Assembly: GCA_963810275.1 (NCBI GenBank)
Contig: CAWENF010000004.1
Span: forward strand, 40,906-104,905
Direction of reading: 5' to 3'
Length of the DNA stretch: 64,000 nt
From: an uncultured archaeon
GTDB taxonomy: Archaea; Thermoproteota; Bathyarchaeia; Bathyarchaeales; Bathycorpusculaceae
How positions within the stretch are numbered: position 1 is the stretch's first letter; the number at the start of each line of letters is the position of its first letter. A program made the translations under genes and the position numbers. A model generated the notes under the pieces. It did not search any database and had not been told where the DNA came from. It saw nothing but the letters and a program-made list of their open reading frames with translations. Positions 53,488 to 63,884 of the stretch are shown here, piece by piece.

Positions 53488-53810
53488 GTGTCTTGTAGCG
53501 AAGAAGACGGTATCCAGGACGTAGACCGCCTAATCCACGAACCCAATAGACTCCAGATAATGGCGCAGCTCTACGGGGTTCAAAGGGTGGGCTTTCTCTT
53601 TCTGCAGAACCAAACGAGGCTGACACCGGGCAACCTCTCAGTACACCTAAGCAAACTCCAAGCCGCAAACTATCTAGAGGTCCCCAAGGGGTTTATTGAC
53701 AAAAAACCGCACACGCTCTCGCTTTAACACAGAAAGGTAGCGAAGCCTTCAAAAGTTACCTAGAAAAAGTCAAACGTTTCGTAAACAAAATTCCTGAATT
53801 CAAGCGGTGA
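53488..53810 (+). CDS. MarR-like winged-helix regulator (HTH_34 type), frameshifted near 53715
   Basis: DRLIHEPNRLQIM and LTPGNLSVHLSKL; the C-terminus LTQKGSEAFKSY is in another frame. Confidence 0.75.
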
Positions 53811-54037
53811 CTTAAATGGTGAGGCACCGTACAGCTTGGATGAAGAATCCTCGTTTTCAGGAAGAACGGAAAAAACTCCAGTTGCAAATGGATACCTCGC
53901 CAGTCAGCTAACGCTTGTTTGTTCAATTAAAGTTTTTTTGGCGAAATATGCTTCGCTTAAAATCGTATCAGATCTTTTGCAGTGGCTCCAGAAAAGCCTA
54001 TTTGGTTTGTTTGTGCTTTTATTTTTGGGAAATCTCC

Positions 54038-54664
54038 TTGCCAGATGAAGACAAAATATGCGTTATATCCTGCAGTGTACTAAAAAAGGAGCTGAAAAAG
54101 CTCAAAACTGAAGGAAAAATTGAGGCTGAATTATTATTTGTATCAAAAAACTTCCACGTAGACTACAACATGATAGAGAATAATCTGCGCAAAGTTATAG
54201 AACACACCAAACAAAGATTCGATGGAAAAATCGTGTTGGTGTATGGTGACCTGTGTTTGGGTATGAATGGCGAAATGCAACGACTTGCCGACGAATACGG
54301 TGTTGCCAAGGTAGATGCGCTAAACTGCATTGATTGCCAGTTGGGCGGAGGCGGCAAATCCATTGCTGCAGACCCTGAGCAGAACTTGATGTTCATGGGA
54401 CCGGGTATGATTGAGTTTTTCGTGGACATGAGGCGTCTCTTATCGGAGCAGGGCGTGGGTGCAGAGCATTTCTCTGCAATGTATAGCGGAATTAAGGGTG
54501 CGGTGTTGCTGGACACTCTCGATGAGGCAGAAGACTGCATTGCAGCGTTTAAATCAGTTGGGTTGCCTCTTGAATTGCTTGAGGTTCGCAGAATCGGCTG
54601 CTGTAACGTGCATAAGGTGGTAAGGGAAGCCATAGAGCGCAGTCAAACTAGAAAACCCATTTAG
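54038..54664 (+). CDS. DUF1638 family protein
   Basis: ISCSVLKKE, LVYGDLC and NCIDC motifs; TTG start at 54038. Confidence 0.8.
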   Translation: MPDEDKICVISCSVLKKELKKLKTEGKIEAELLFVSKNFHVDYNMIENNLRKVIEHTKQRFDGKIVLVYGDLCLGMNGEMQRLADEYGVAKVDALNCIDCQLGGGGKSIAADPEQNLMFMGPGMIEFFVDMRRLLSEQGVGAEHFSAMYSGIKGAVLLDTLDEAEDCIAAFKSVGLPLELLEVRRIGCCNVHKVVREAIERSQTRKPI

Positions 54665-54763
54665 CCACGTAATTAGTTAATCAGCCGTTTCTGAGTTTTT
54701 ATTTTTTACACCGCAACTGTTAAAGAATCATCTGTGTAAATATCTAAGCGGAACCTCGAGGAT

Positions 54764-57700
54764 GTGCCACTTATGACCCAACAACCAGAGTTCACCCCAT
54801 CTTCCTCTCCAGCCAAACGCGTCGACGATTGGAAATCAAGGCTCATCGACTTATCCCGAAGAAATAACCTGCTCTACTTTAAAAGTACCAGACGCAGCAA
54901 CCTTACAATCACACAACCAGACTCACAGAAAATCTTTGACGGTTTAGTCACCAAGAAACACCGTCTTGAATTTTATCTTCCACCTGAATCATCTGTTTTG
55001 GAGAAGGTGAAAAGAAAATCCCCTGTTCAGGCTAACGCAAAAACAAAGGGTGTGAAAGAGAGAACTAAAGAAAACGAAGCCATATCGGAACCTAAAGTGG
55101 CGAAGGCACTTGATAAAGCCGCCACCTCTGAGGAACCAGCATCTAAACCGGGCGGCGCAAACCAACTTTTCTGCGGCGGCATTTCCACTCAGGAACTTGA
55201 ACAGGCGCTGAAATCGCTTGAGCGGCGTTCCCTTTTGGATTACCGTGAACGCGGCGTGCGCATCCTATACGCAGCGTTTGGTGTATTGAACTGGGTGGAT
55301 GCGGAAACCAATGAGAAAGTGCAGTCACCACTGGTTTTAGTGCCTCTTGAACTTAGCAAAGAGTCCATCCGTTCACCATACAGCATAGCCGTGCCCCCTG
55401 TGGAGGATGAAGCCGTTCTGAACCCTGCGTTGGTGGCAAAACTCAGAAACGACTACAAAATTGATTTGCCACCGTTGCCTGAGGAGCGGGAAGTAACTAA
55501 ACTTGCTGATTACTATGCACTTGTGGATTCGGCGGTTGCTGAGATGGGTTGGAAAACAGAATCAGTCTCCAACGTGGGTTTGTTTAGCTTCCAAAAACTC
55601 GTAATATACAAGGATCTTGAAAGCAACGCGGCGCTTGTCACTTTGCACCCCATTATTCGAGCTATTGCAGGCATCAAAGAGGATAGCCTCATCGTCAATG
55701 GGTTACCTGACGAGCGTGATGTGGACAAAATTGAGACACCATCTAAAACTTATCATGTGCTCGACGCGGATAGCAGCCAGCGGGTCGCTATTGAATACGC
55801 CCTGCGTGGGCAGAGTTTTGTTATGCGCGGACCACCCGGCACTGGGAAAAGCCAGACAATCGCAAACATCATTGCTGAATGTATAGCCAACGGTAAATCC
55901 GTTCTGTTTGTGAGCGATAAGATGGCGGCCCTTGAAGTTGTTTACAAACGTCTAAACGAGGTTGGTTTGGCACATTTTTGTCTTGAGTTGCATAGCAGCA
56001 AAGCCAACAAGCAGGAAGTGGTGGCGGAGCTTAAACGCAGTCTCGACGAAAATCTCGTTCCCCGAAAGCTGCCATCAACTCACGAGTTTGACCGCTTAAC
56101 TGAGTACCGTGACAGCTTAAACGGATATGTTGCCGCATTGCATGATAAACGTCCCTACCTATTACAAAGCGTCTACGAGGTGCTAAGTATCATCTCGAGT
56201 CTTGAGCGGGCGCCGTTTGTACCCGTCGGTCTAAACGATCTAAAAACTTTGACCCCTCAAAAGATGCGTGAACTCGAAGAACTCGTCTCCTACCTAAGCA
56301 AAGTCTGGCCCGTCATCGAAGAAGAAGACTTCCCGTGGGTAGGCTACAAGGCGGATAAGTATAATCTTGAAATCCGAAGCGAACTCTTAACCAAGCTGGA
56401 AGCAGTAATCGCCACCGTTTGCGAACTTGAATACGAATGCGATGATTTCTCAGCGCAACTCGGAGTTTTGCCGCCTGAAAATTTCCAACGCATCCAGTGG
56501 CTGCATGACGTCAGCAATATGCTCTACGAAAGCCCCCGTCCTGAAGCGTACTGGTTAACCACATCCTCGCTTGACACGCTGCTGGCAGAGGCTAAGACGT
56601 ATCTTGAAACCGCCCAATGGATTAAAGCCGCCCGCTCCGATCTTGAAACCCGTTACAGCCCAAAGCTCTATGAACTAGAGCTTTCTAAATCCGCCGAATT
56701 ACAGCAGTCACTAAACGCTGCAAACCAAATTGTCGGCAGCGTCAACCTCTCCGAATCTGACTTTCTGCAAAAACGCAACTCCCTCTACCAATACATCAAA
56801 AACCTCCAGTTAACCTTCAAAAAATGGCGGGAAATCAGCACTGCATTGACTTCCATGCTGGGCCTTGACGGCTCAGACTTAAATGTCATCCAGCTTAAGC
56901 AGCTTTCACGCATGGCGCTTTTATGCTTCTCCGAGGAAAAACCTGAGGCAGAATGGTTTGACATAAAATACCTCAAGCAAGTAAAAGAAACAGTAGAGAA
57001 GGCACGCAACCTCTACCAAGAACACGGCTTACTCAAAAGCCGCCTAAACCAAACCTACACCTCGGGCATCTACGGGTTGCCACTTGACGAGTTAATTGCC
57101 AAATACAGCGGACCCTACCAAAGCGGTATAAAATTCTTCAACAGCGAATACCGGTCAGACCAAAAAAGCATATCCCAAGTTGCAAACGACGGCAAAGTCC
57201 CCAAAGAAGTCCTCCAAGACCTAATTGACGCCCGAAAAGTCAACAAGCTAGCGAAAAAAATCGCAGACTCAGCCGACACCGTAAAAACGTTGCTTGGACA
57301 CTACTACCATAAGAGCCGAACCGACTTTAATGGCGCTGAAAAAGCCATTACGTTGGTGGAGGAAATCTGTCGCCTTAACTGGGTAACCATCGTCCCCGAG
57401 CCATTTATAAAGCTGCTTACTTCACCTACGAGTCCGTCACCGATGATTAAGAATTTGGGGCAAGAACTCAAAAAATCCATCGAGAAGTGGGAGCAACAGA
57501 CACAAGAGATGGCTGCGCTGTTGCCTGAGAAACTGGCGAAGTCTAATAGGCAAATAGCCCAAACCGCGTTGCCGCTGGTTGAGGAGTGGGCTGGCGAAGT
57601 CGAAAAACAACTCTCTGCTCTTTGTGCGTTAACCAGCGAGTTGCTTGTCGTAGCAAAAGCCGAGCCCAAAAGCTACTGCCAATTCATAAATGACCTCAAA

Positions 57701-60469
57701 AACGCCGAAACTATCCGCAAAAAGGAAGCTCAAATCGTAGGCGAGAAAGCCCAACTTCAAGAAAAATATGGTGCCCGCTTCCGCGAGTTGGAAACCGATT
57801 GGCAAGACATCGTCACCGTGCTCGAGTGGTGCCAAAAAGTTCAAACAGCATTTACCGACATCCCCGTGCCAGAGGCTTACGCTGAAATCGCTGCCAAAGG
57901 CAAAGACGCTGCACCCCCAAACGTTGAACTGCAAAAACGCCGAGATGCCACTCTAAAAGTGCTTGCCGAATTTGAAACCCGCTTCGAATCCGAGGTGCGC
58001 TACCAAGGTATAGAGATAACCGAACTGGACATTCAAGTTATCGAGAAACGCATCCAGAGCCTCCGTGACAGAGTTGATGACTTGCAAGTTTGGATTGACT
58101 ACAAAGACATCAAAAACCGCTTCGCCCTCCGAGACTTAGAGCCATTTTTTGAGCGGCTTGTTGAGGCAAAATTGCCTGCGGCGGATTTGGTTTCGGTTTT
58201 CCGCAAAAGTGTCTACCAGGAATGGATAAACAACCTCTACACTGAGGATCAGAAACTCGGACGTTTTCGCAGAGAAACCCACGAGCAGCTAATCGCTGAC
58301 TTTAAGCGGCTTGACCAAGAATTGATACACTTAACCTTCGGCATGGTTATTGATGCCGCCAATAGACGCAAACCACAAGACATCCTCATACAAGCTGCAG
58401 ACGCCGAAGCAGGCATACTTAGCAAAGAAGCCGCCAAAAAACGTAGATTGATGCCTTTGCGTATGTTGTTCCAGAAAATACCCCATCTACTCGTCAAACT
58501 TAAACCCTGCCTACTTATGAGCCCCATCTCGGTAAGCCAATTCCTTCCAGCCGACATGAAATTCGACGTGGTACTCTTTGATGAAGCATCGCAGCTTGTG
58601 CCCGAGGACGCCATAAGCGCCATATACCGCGGCAGAACAATCGTCGTGGCAGGGGACAACAAACAGCTACCACCAACATCGTTCTTCCAAAAGAACCTTC
58701 TTGACGACATGGACTGGGACGAACTAAGCGACGAAGACATCGAAGTGTTTGACAGCATTCTAGACGAGTGCTTGGGCATTGGCTTACCCGTAAAAACATT
58801 GAAGTGGCACTATCGAAGCAAACACGAAGCTCTCATAGCTTTTAGTAACCAACAGTTCTACGACGGTACAATGATAACCTTCCCCGCCGCCAAAGCCCAA
58901 ACCGACAACTTAGGCGTGAAACTCGAATACGTACCAGATGCCATCTATGACCGCGGAGGAAAACGCGATAACCCCATCGAAGCCGAAAAAGTAGCAGACC
59001 TTGTGTTTGATCACTTCAAAAACACTCCTAAAAAGACACTTGGAGTAGTGACTTTCAGCGTTGCCCAGATGGACGCAGTACAAGAAACCATCGACCGTCG
59101 TCTCCAAGCCAACTCCGATTTTGCGCCTTTCTTCAAGGAAGACCGCTTAGAGGGCTTCTTTATCAAAAACCTCGAAAATGTGCAGGGCGACGAACGCGAT
59201 GTCATATTCTTCAGCGTAGGTTACGGTTATGACCAAAACAAGCAGATAACTATGAACTTCGGACCACTCAACAAACCTGGAGGAGAACGACGCTTAAACG
59301 TCGCTGTGACCCGCGCCCGAGAAAAAGTTGTCCTAATCACATCTATTAAAGGCTCAGACATAGACCCAGAAACCCAAGCAACAGGTGTGCAAACACTTCG
59401 GACATACCTTGACTACGCAGAGCACGGCGTAGACTGGCTAAAATCCTGTAAACCTAACGCCGCTTATGAATCCCAGCTTGATGAGGATGTGGCTGAGGAA
59501 ATCAAGAAACTTGGCTACGCTGTCGTACCCGAAGTAGGTTGCAGTGGATTCAAGATCGACATAGGCGTCGTGGACCCCACCAGTAAAGGAGACTTCCTGC
59601 TTGGCGTGGAATGTGACGGCTTCACATACCAGAACAGTAGCAGTGCCCGAGACCGAGACCGCCTCCGAGAGCAGGTTCTGCGACAGCTTGGTTGGCGTAT
59701 CCATCGTATCTGGGCACCAGCCTGGGTAGCTCGCAGAGACAGTGAAATCCGCCGCCTAAAAGAGGCACTTGAGCAGGCTAGTATCCAGCAAATAGTGAAA
59801 GACAGCCAAAAAGAATCTTCAGCACCCGATACAGATCTACAAAAAAACCAATACAGCGGCATCGAAAAACTGGGTGTCCCCTACAAAGTCCACCCGCTAA
59901 AAGCCATATATGATCCCTACATTAAAGTAACCAACGGCAGAACCACTGTGAACTCGAAGCAGAAAAACGAATTCCACTTCCCCAACAACCGAGAAAACCA
60001 AACCAAACTTCTTGCAGAACTCATCGAGAACGAAAGCCCAGTACATTTTGACTATGCCGTTGAACGACTAGCCCAAGCATGGAACATAAAAACTGTGACA
60101 CCCAAAATAAGCCGTGCCACCAGAGAAGCACTAAACAACCTCCTCCGCGAGCACAAAGTCAAAATCAAAGGCAGCTTCCTCTGGTCCGTTGGACTAAAAG
60201 AAGTACCCGTCCGCGTCCCTACCGCTGGACTGCCTGAATCCAAACGCAAACCGCAGTACATTCCAACTGAAGAAGTAGAAATGGCCATGCTTAAAGTTGC
60301 TCAGTATGCTCTTGGTATAAGTGAGGATTCGCTGGTTGCGGAGACCGCACGAGTCTTTGGCGTAAACCATGGCAGAGAAGATTCAAAAATTATTTTCTCA
60401 GAAGTGCTTAAGAGGCTGCTACGGGAGCGAAAGCTGATAAGCGTTGGCGGTGTGGTCGGCGTCGCTTAA
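54764..60469 (+). CDS. DUF4011 SF1 helicase with Vsr-like nuclease and DUF3320 (Hhe-like)
   Basis: WKSRLIDLSRRNNLL, GPPGTGKSQT, DEASQ, GDNKQLPP, HYRS, ENVQGDERD, RLNVAVTRAR, then FKIDIGV...GVECDG...RDRDRLR. Confidence 0.92.
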   Translation: MPLMTQQPEFTPSSSPAKRVDDWKSRLIDLSRRNNLLYFKSTRRSNLTITQPDSQKIFDGLVTKKHRLEFYLPPESSVLEKVKRKSPVQANAKTKGVKERTKENEAISEPKVAKALDKAATSEEPASKPGGANQLFCGGISTQELEQALKSLERRSLLDYRERGVRILYAAFGVLNWVDAETNEKVQSPLVLVPLELSKESIRSPYSIAVPPVEDEAVLNPALVAKLRNDYKIDLPPLPEEREVTKLADYYALVDSAVAEMGWKTESVSNVGLFSFQKLVIYKDLESNAALVTLHPIIRAIAGIKEDSLIVNGLPDERDVDKIETPSKTYHVLDADSSQRVAIEYALRGQSFVMRGPPGTGKSQTIANIIAECIANGKSVLFVSDKMAALEVVYKRLNEVGLAHFCLELHSSKANKQEVVAELKRSLDENLVPRKLPSTHEFDRLTEYRDSLNGYVAALHDKRPYLLQSVYEVLSIISSLERAPFVPVGLNDLKTLTPQKMRELEELVSYLSKVWPVIEEEDFPWVGYKADKYNLEIRSELLTKLEAVIATVCELEYECDDFSAQLGVLPPENFQRIQWLHDVSNMLYESPRPEAYWLTTSSLDTLLAEAKTYLETAQWIKAARSDLETRYSPKLYELELSKSAELQQSLNAANQIVGSVNLSESDFLQKRNSLYQYIKNLQLTFKKWREISTALTSMLGLDGSDLNVIQLKQLSRMALLCFSEEKPEAEWFDIKYLKQVKETVEKARNLYQEHGLLKSRLNQTYTSGIYGLPLDELIAKYSGPYQSGIKFFNSEYRSDQKSISQVANDGKVPKEVLQDLIDARKVNKLAKKIADSADTVKTLLGHYYHKSRTDFNGAEKAITLVEEICRLNWVTIVPEPFIKLLTSPTSPSPMIKNLGQELKKSIEKWEQQTQEMAALLPEKLAKSNRQIAQTALPLVEEWAGEVEKQLSALCALTSELLVVAKAEPKSYCQFINDLKNAETIRKKEAQIVGEKAQLQEKYGARFRELETDWQDIVTVLEWCQKVQTAFTDIPVPEAYAEIAAKGKDAAPPNVELQKRRDATLKVLAEFETRFESEVRYQGIEITELDIQVIEKRIQSLRDRVDDLQVWIDYKDIKNRFALRDLEPFFERLVEAKLPAADLVSVFRKSVYQEWINNLYTEDQKLGRFRRETHEQLIADFKRLDQELIHLTFGMVIDAANRRKPQDILIQAADAEAGILSKEAAKKRRLMPLRMLFQKIPHLLVKLKPCLLMSPISVSQFLPADMKFDVVLFDEASQLVPEDAISAIYRGRTIVVAGDNKQLPPTSFFQKNLLDDMDWDELSDEDIEVFDSILDECLGIGLPVKTLKWHYRSKHEALIAFSNQQFYDGTMITFPAAKAQTDNLGVKLEYVPDAIYDRGGKRDNPIEAEKVADLVFDHFKNTPKKTLGVVTFSVAQMDAVQETIDRRLQANSDFAPFFKEDRLEGFFIKNLENVQGDERDVIFFSVGYGYDQNKQITMNFGPLNKPGGERRLNVAVTRAREKVVLITSIKGSDIDPETQATGVQTLRTYLDYAEHGVDWLKSCKPNAAYESQLDEDVAEEIKKLGYAVVPEVGCSGFKIDIGVVDPTSKGDFLLGVECDGFTYQNSSSARDRDRLREQVLRQLGWRIHRIWAPAWVARRDSEIRRLKEALEQASIQQIVKDSQKESSAPDTDLQKNQYSGIEKLGVPYKVHPLKAIYDPYIKVTNGRTTVNSKQKNEFHFPNNRENQTKLLAELIENESPVHFDYAVERLAQAWNIKTVTPKISRATREALNNLLREHKVKIKGSFLWSVGLKEVPVRVPTAGLPESKRKPQYIPTEEVEMAMLKVAQYALGISEDSLVAETARVFGVNHGREDSKIIFSEVLKRLLRERKLISVGGVVGVA

Positions 60470-61155
60470 TTATCGTTTTCTTTTTGTAGCTTTTTTATCA
60501 AAATTGGTAAATCGATAAGTGAGCTTATGAGGTAGTTAGCTCCATGAGCCATAAGCTGTTTTTCAGTGGAGTAGCCTGTGGGTAATGCAATTGCGATGGC
60601 TTTGAGTTCTTTGGCACTCTCCATGTCCACGGTGCTATCGCCCACAATTACGGTGTTGGCTGCATCTACACCTAATTTTTTAAGGACCATCTCGAACTGT
60701 TCAGTGTCGGGTTTGACTCGTTTAACCATGTTGCGGGGAACCACAACCTCAAAGTAATCCATGATTTTAAAGCGGTTAATAATGTAGTGGGCTGCGGCTT
60801 CACTGCTGGTCGTGCAAAGACCCAGTTTTAGATCCATTTTTTTGAGTTCTTTGAGGGCTTCAAGTGCGCCGGGCAAAAGGTTAGCAGAAGATGCTGCGTC
60901 TAATTCAAATTTCTCGGCAAGAGCCAAACTCTTTGAACGTGCAGATAAAAAAGCCTGATTGGGTTTGCCGTTGTTTTTCATGTACAATTCAACTTTCTTC
61001 ATCATCTCAAAAATCGATTCGTTCACGGTGAGTAACGATGCGGGGATGCCTACCCGCATAAGGTATTCTCTGACTTCGCCGCGCAGACCTTTGTAGTCTA
61101 GGTTAAAGCTAGATAAGGTTCCGTCTAAATCAAATATTACTGCTTCAATTGTCAT
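60466..61155 (-). CDS. HAD hydrolase (phosphoglycolate phosphatase-like)
   Basis: DLDGTL, KP and GDSTVD motifs. Confidence 0.9.
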   Translation of the reverse strand: MTIEAVIFDLDGTLSSFNLDYKGLRGEVREYLMRVGIPASLLTVNESIFEMMKKVELYMKNNGKPNQAFLSARSKSLALAEKFELDAASSANLLPGALEALKELKKMDLKLGLCTTSSEAAAHYIINRFKIMDYFEVVVPRNMVKRVKPDTEQFEMVLKKLGVDAANTVIVGDSTVDMESAKELKAIAIALPTGYSTEKQLMAHGANYLISSLIDLPILIKKLQKENDN

Positions 61156-61244
61156 TGCGTGTAGCTCCTTTTTTATGGGCAGATTTGGGGTTTACACTGT
61201 GGCTTGGGAGATATACTTTGCGGTAAAAGCCAATGTAGAACCCT

Positions 61245-62217
61245 TTAACGCTTCAAAACTACCTTAAGAGCATGCCCGGATGGGTCTTCTATAGCGGCAA
61301 AGGCATCCTCGACGTCATAAAGGCTGAAGCGGTGCGTTATCAATCCAGCCACATCCACCTTCTTCTCCGCTATTAGCTGTACCGCTTGTGGATACTCCAA
61401 CGGCGAGATGTACATAGTGAAAAACTGCGCTTCATCTGCATCTTCCAAATTCAAAAAGCCCTTCGACTCACCGATAAGCGCTACCTTCCCCGTTTTACGC
61501 ACTAAAAATGGCGTTTGCTCCACAGTTTTTTGGGTTCCGGCGGCTTCCACCACAAAATCCGAGCCATACCCTGTGAGTTTGCGCACGGTTTTGGCTACGT
61601 CGGTGGCGTCTGCGTTTATGACTTCTTCTGCGCCGTATCTTTTGGCGTACTCTAACCTGTAGTCCTTAATGTCTACCGCTATGACTCGACAACCTTTCAG
61701 AACTGCCAATTGCGTCATCAACAACCCGATGGCGCCTTGCCCCACAACGGTAACCCAATCGCCCAAGTTTGGTTGGAGGTAGTTAAGAACACGCAACGCC
61801 AGCGCTACAGGTTCCACAACAGCCGCCTCCTCATCTGACACGCCAGCAGGCACAGGAATAAGGCTTCTCTGTTGGCATCGCTTTGTGTTCCACAAAAAAG
61901 CCGTCCCGCGTTAACCCGTAGAATTTGCCATTAATGCAGTACGTTGGGTGACCTTTGAGGCAGAAGATACAGTGTCCGCAATTAACAATCGGCACCATAA
62001 CCACCCGCTCGCCTGTGTCCGTTCTAATGCCGCATGCATCATGACCTATTATCCTACTTTTTTTCATCCATCGCCAGTCGTCGCGGTAAAAGTGCATGTC
62101 GGTGCCGCAGATGTTGCCCGCCAAAAAATCTACCAATATCTGTCCAATCTTAACCTTGGGTTCAGCTACGTCTTCGATTTTGATGTTGTGTGGTCCACGG
62201 TAAACGGCTGCCTTCAA
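61245..62217 (-). CDS. Zn-dependent medium-chain dehydrogenase (probable +1 error near 61872)
   Basis: ICGTD, GHD, structural Zn CGHCIFC...C, EP and GQGAIG motifs. Confidence 0.9.
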
Positions 62218-62312
62218 AACATTCGCCCACTTTATTGCAGTTGCCGGGCGGATTTATCTTTACTGTTTTTATTCTACGTAGACCTTAATACCCAAACTAA
62301 CAGGTGCACATC

Positions 62313-62543
62313 TTGAACGTAGAAACCTACAGTAAAGAGCAGCTTTGGAAGTTTCTTGTAGATTCAGTCCATGCCAGCGTAATGTACCCAACGCATAAAG
62401 CATATATAAGAGATACAATGTTGCCCCAACAACCCGACGTATCCGCATTAGAGTTGTCTGAGAGGTTGGGTATGCCACTGGGTGAAGCATTAGTAATTTT
62501 AGATGAACTGGAGCAGAATCAAAAATCAGCAACATTACAATAG
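62313..62543 (+). CDS. Small hypothetical protein with an HTH-like C-terminus
   Basis: AGGTG RBS before TTG 62313; SALELSERLGMPLGEALVIL. Confidence 0.65.
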   Translation: MNVETYSKEQLWKFLVDSVHASVMYPTHKAYIRDTMLPQQPDVSALELSERLGMPLGEALVILDELEQNQKSATLQ

Positions 62544-62571
62544 AAAATTTTTAGAAAAGAAGAAAAAAGGT

Positions 62572-63129
62572 TTACTCGACCACGTAACGGTAAGTCACGT
62601 GCTCGCCTGCAGTTGTACTTTTACGGGTAATCTTTAGAACATCACCTGGCTGCGCGCCGATGGCTTTCACTGCTGGGTCGCCGCTGCGAATTTGAGGCAT
62701 TTGGTAGGGTTTAACCTTGAACTGGTTAAGTAACTCTTTCTTTTCTTTCTCGCTTATTATTTCGTGGAAGGGCACAAGAGCGTGCTCAAAGATATCAAAC
62801 ACTGGGAACGATTTGGGCAGCAATTCGACGTTTTTCTTTTTTGCGCCGAGTTTAACAGCGTGGGTATAGCGTCCTTCAGTGACGACTATGGCTCTTTCGA
62901 GTTCTTTTTCTTTCAACACCTTGTAGAGGGTGTTCATGGCGGCGATGCCCACGGTGGCTTCGCCAAGGATGCACCAAACAACGGCGCGTTCTTTGTCCTG
63001 TGGAATGTCAATGATGTAGGCGTATGCGCCTTCAAACTTTTCTTTTTCGACAAGCTTGTACTTTCTTAGTTTAATCAGAACTTCCGCTTTACGTTCTTCA
63101 ATTGTTAATAGTTTGTTAATAGTACTCAA
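62572..63129 (-). CDS. rpoH: RNA polymerase subunit Rpo5/RpoH with an RPB5-like N-terminal domain
   Basis: C-terminal HALVPFHEII...PQIRSGDP...GDVLKITRKSTTAG...YRYV, plus an N-terminal extension of about 110 aa. Confidence 0.93.
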   Translation of the reverse strand: MSTINKLLTIEERKAEVLIKLRKYKLVEKEKFEGAYAYIIDIPQDKERAVVWCILGEATVGIAAMNTLYKVLKEKELERAIVVTEGRYTHAVKLGAKKKNVELLPKSFPVFDIFEHALVPFHEIISEKEKKELLNQFKVKPYQMPQIRSGDPAVKAIGAQPGDVLKITRKSTTAGEHVTYRYVVE

Positions 63130-63293
63130 ACCACGTACCCTCAAGATAGAATACGGAACCTAAAACAAGTATTTACCCCTTAAACTTTTCTCTTATAAAA
63201 GAAGCTGAAAACAACAAAAATCGAGTTTTAACAGCAAAAAACATTTTACATCAGACCTGCACAGCTAAACAACCTTTTGAGGCGGCGGCTGAT

Positions 63294-63884
63294 TTATGAT
63301 TTGACTAGTTTGTATCCGATTTTGTTGCCCATGCCACATGTATATGCTAAGTTAATCAGCATATTACCCATAACTTCCAGACTCCTTGCGGTCTTGAGTG
63401 GTCCGCAATCAACTGGGTCAAACCCTATGTCACGGGTTAACTGTATAACCGTCCTTTTAGCTTTCTCGTTGTCTCCAGCTATGAAAGCGGTTAATTGTTG
63501 ATCTGCGATTTTTGCGGTGCTCTGGTTAGACGCAAATACTGTGTTGAAAGCTTTCACAACATGCGCCGACGGAAGCTTCATCTGCGTTTCCTCCGCTGTG
63601 GATGTGGTGCAACTTATATCACGCTCCATGCTGGGTCCCAGAGCGTTCATCACGTCTATAACGGTTTTTCCATCCACATAAGGTTCAATTTCAGAAAGGG
63701 CATCATCGGCATTTTCATGAGGCACCGCCAAAATCACAACTTCACCCCACTTCGCCGCCTCAGCGACGGGTTCTTTGGGATCACGGTGCCCATACTTGAT
63801 TTCATGTCCTCCTCGAGTTAAGCCTGTTCCGAGTGCGTTGCCAACGTTTCCTTTTCCAATTATTGCAATTTTCAAGTTTTTCAC
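63294..63884 (-). CDS. NADPH-dependent F420 reductase / NAD(P)-binding oxidoreductase
   Basis: IAIIGKGNVG, VILAVP, VVKAFNTVFA and GFDPVDCGPL motifs; GTG start at 63884. Confidence 0.88.
   Translation of the reverse strand: MKNLKIAIIGKGNVGNALGTGLTRGGHEIKYGHRDPKEPVAEAAKWGEVVILAVPHENADDALSEIEPYVDGKTVIDVMNALGPSMERDISCTTSTAEETQMKLPSAHVVKAFNTVFASNQSTAKIADQQLTAFIAGDNEKAKRTVIQLTRDIGFDPVDCGPLKTARSLEVMGNMLINLAYTCGMGNKIGYKLVKS

Noticed and set aside
53836-54048. Short ORF, and the many other antisense or overlapping ORFs in the track
   Set aside because: They have no motifs and overlap well-supported genes, so I treated them as shadow ORFs.
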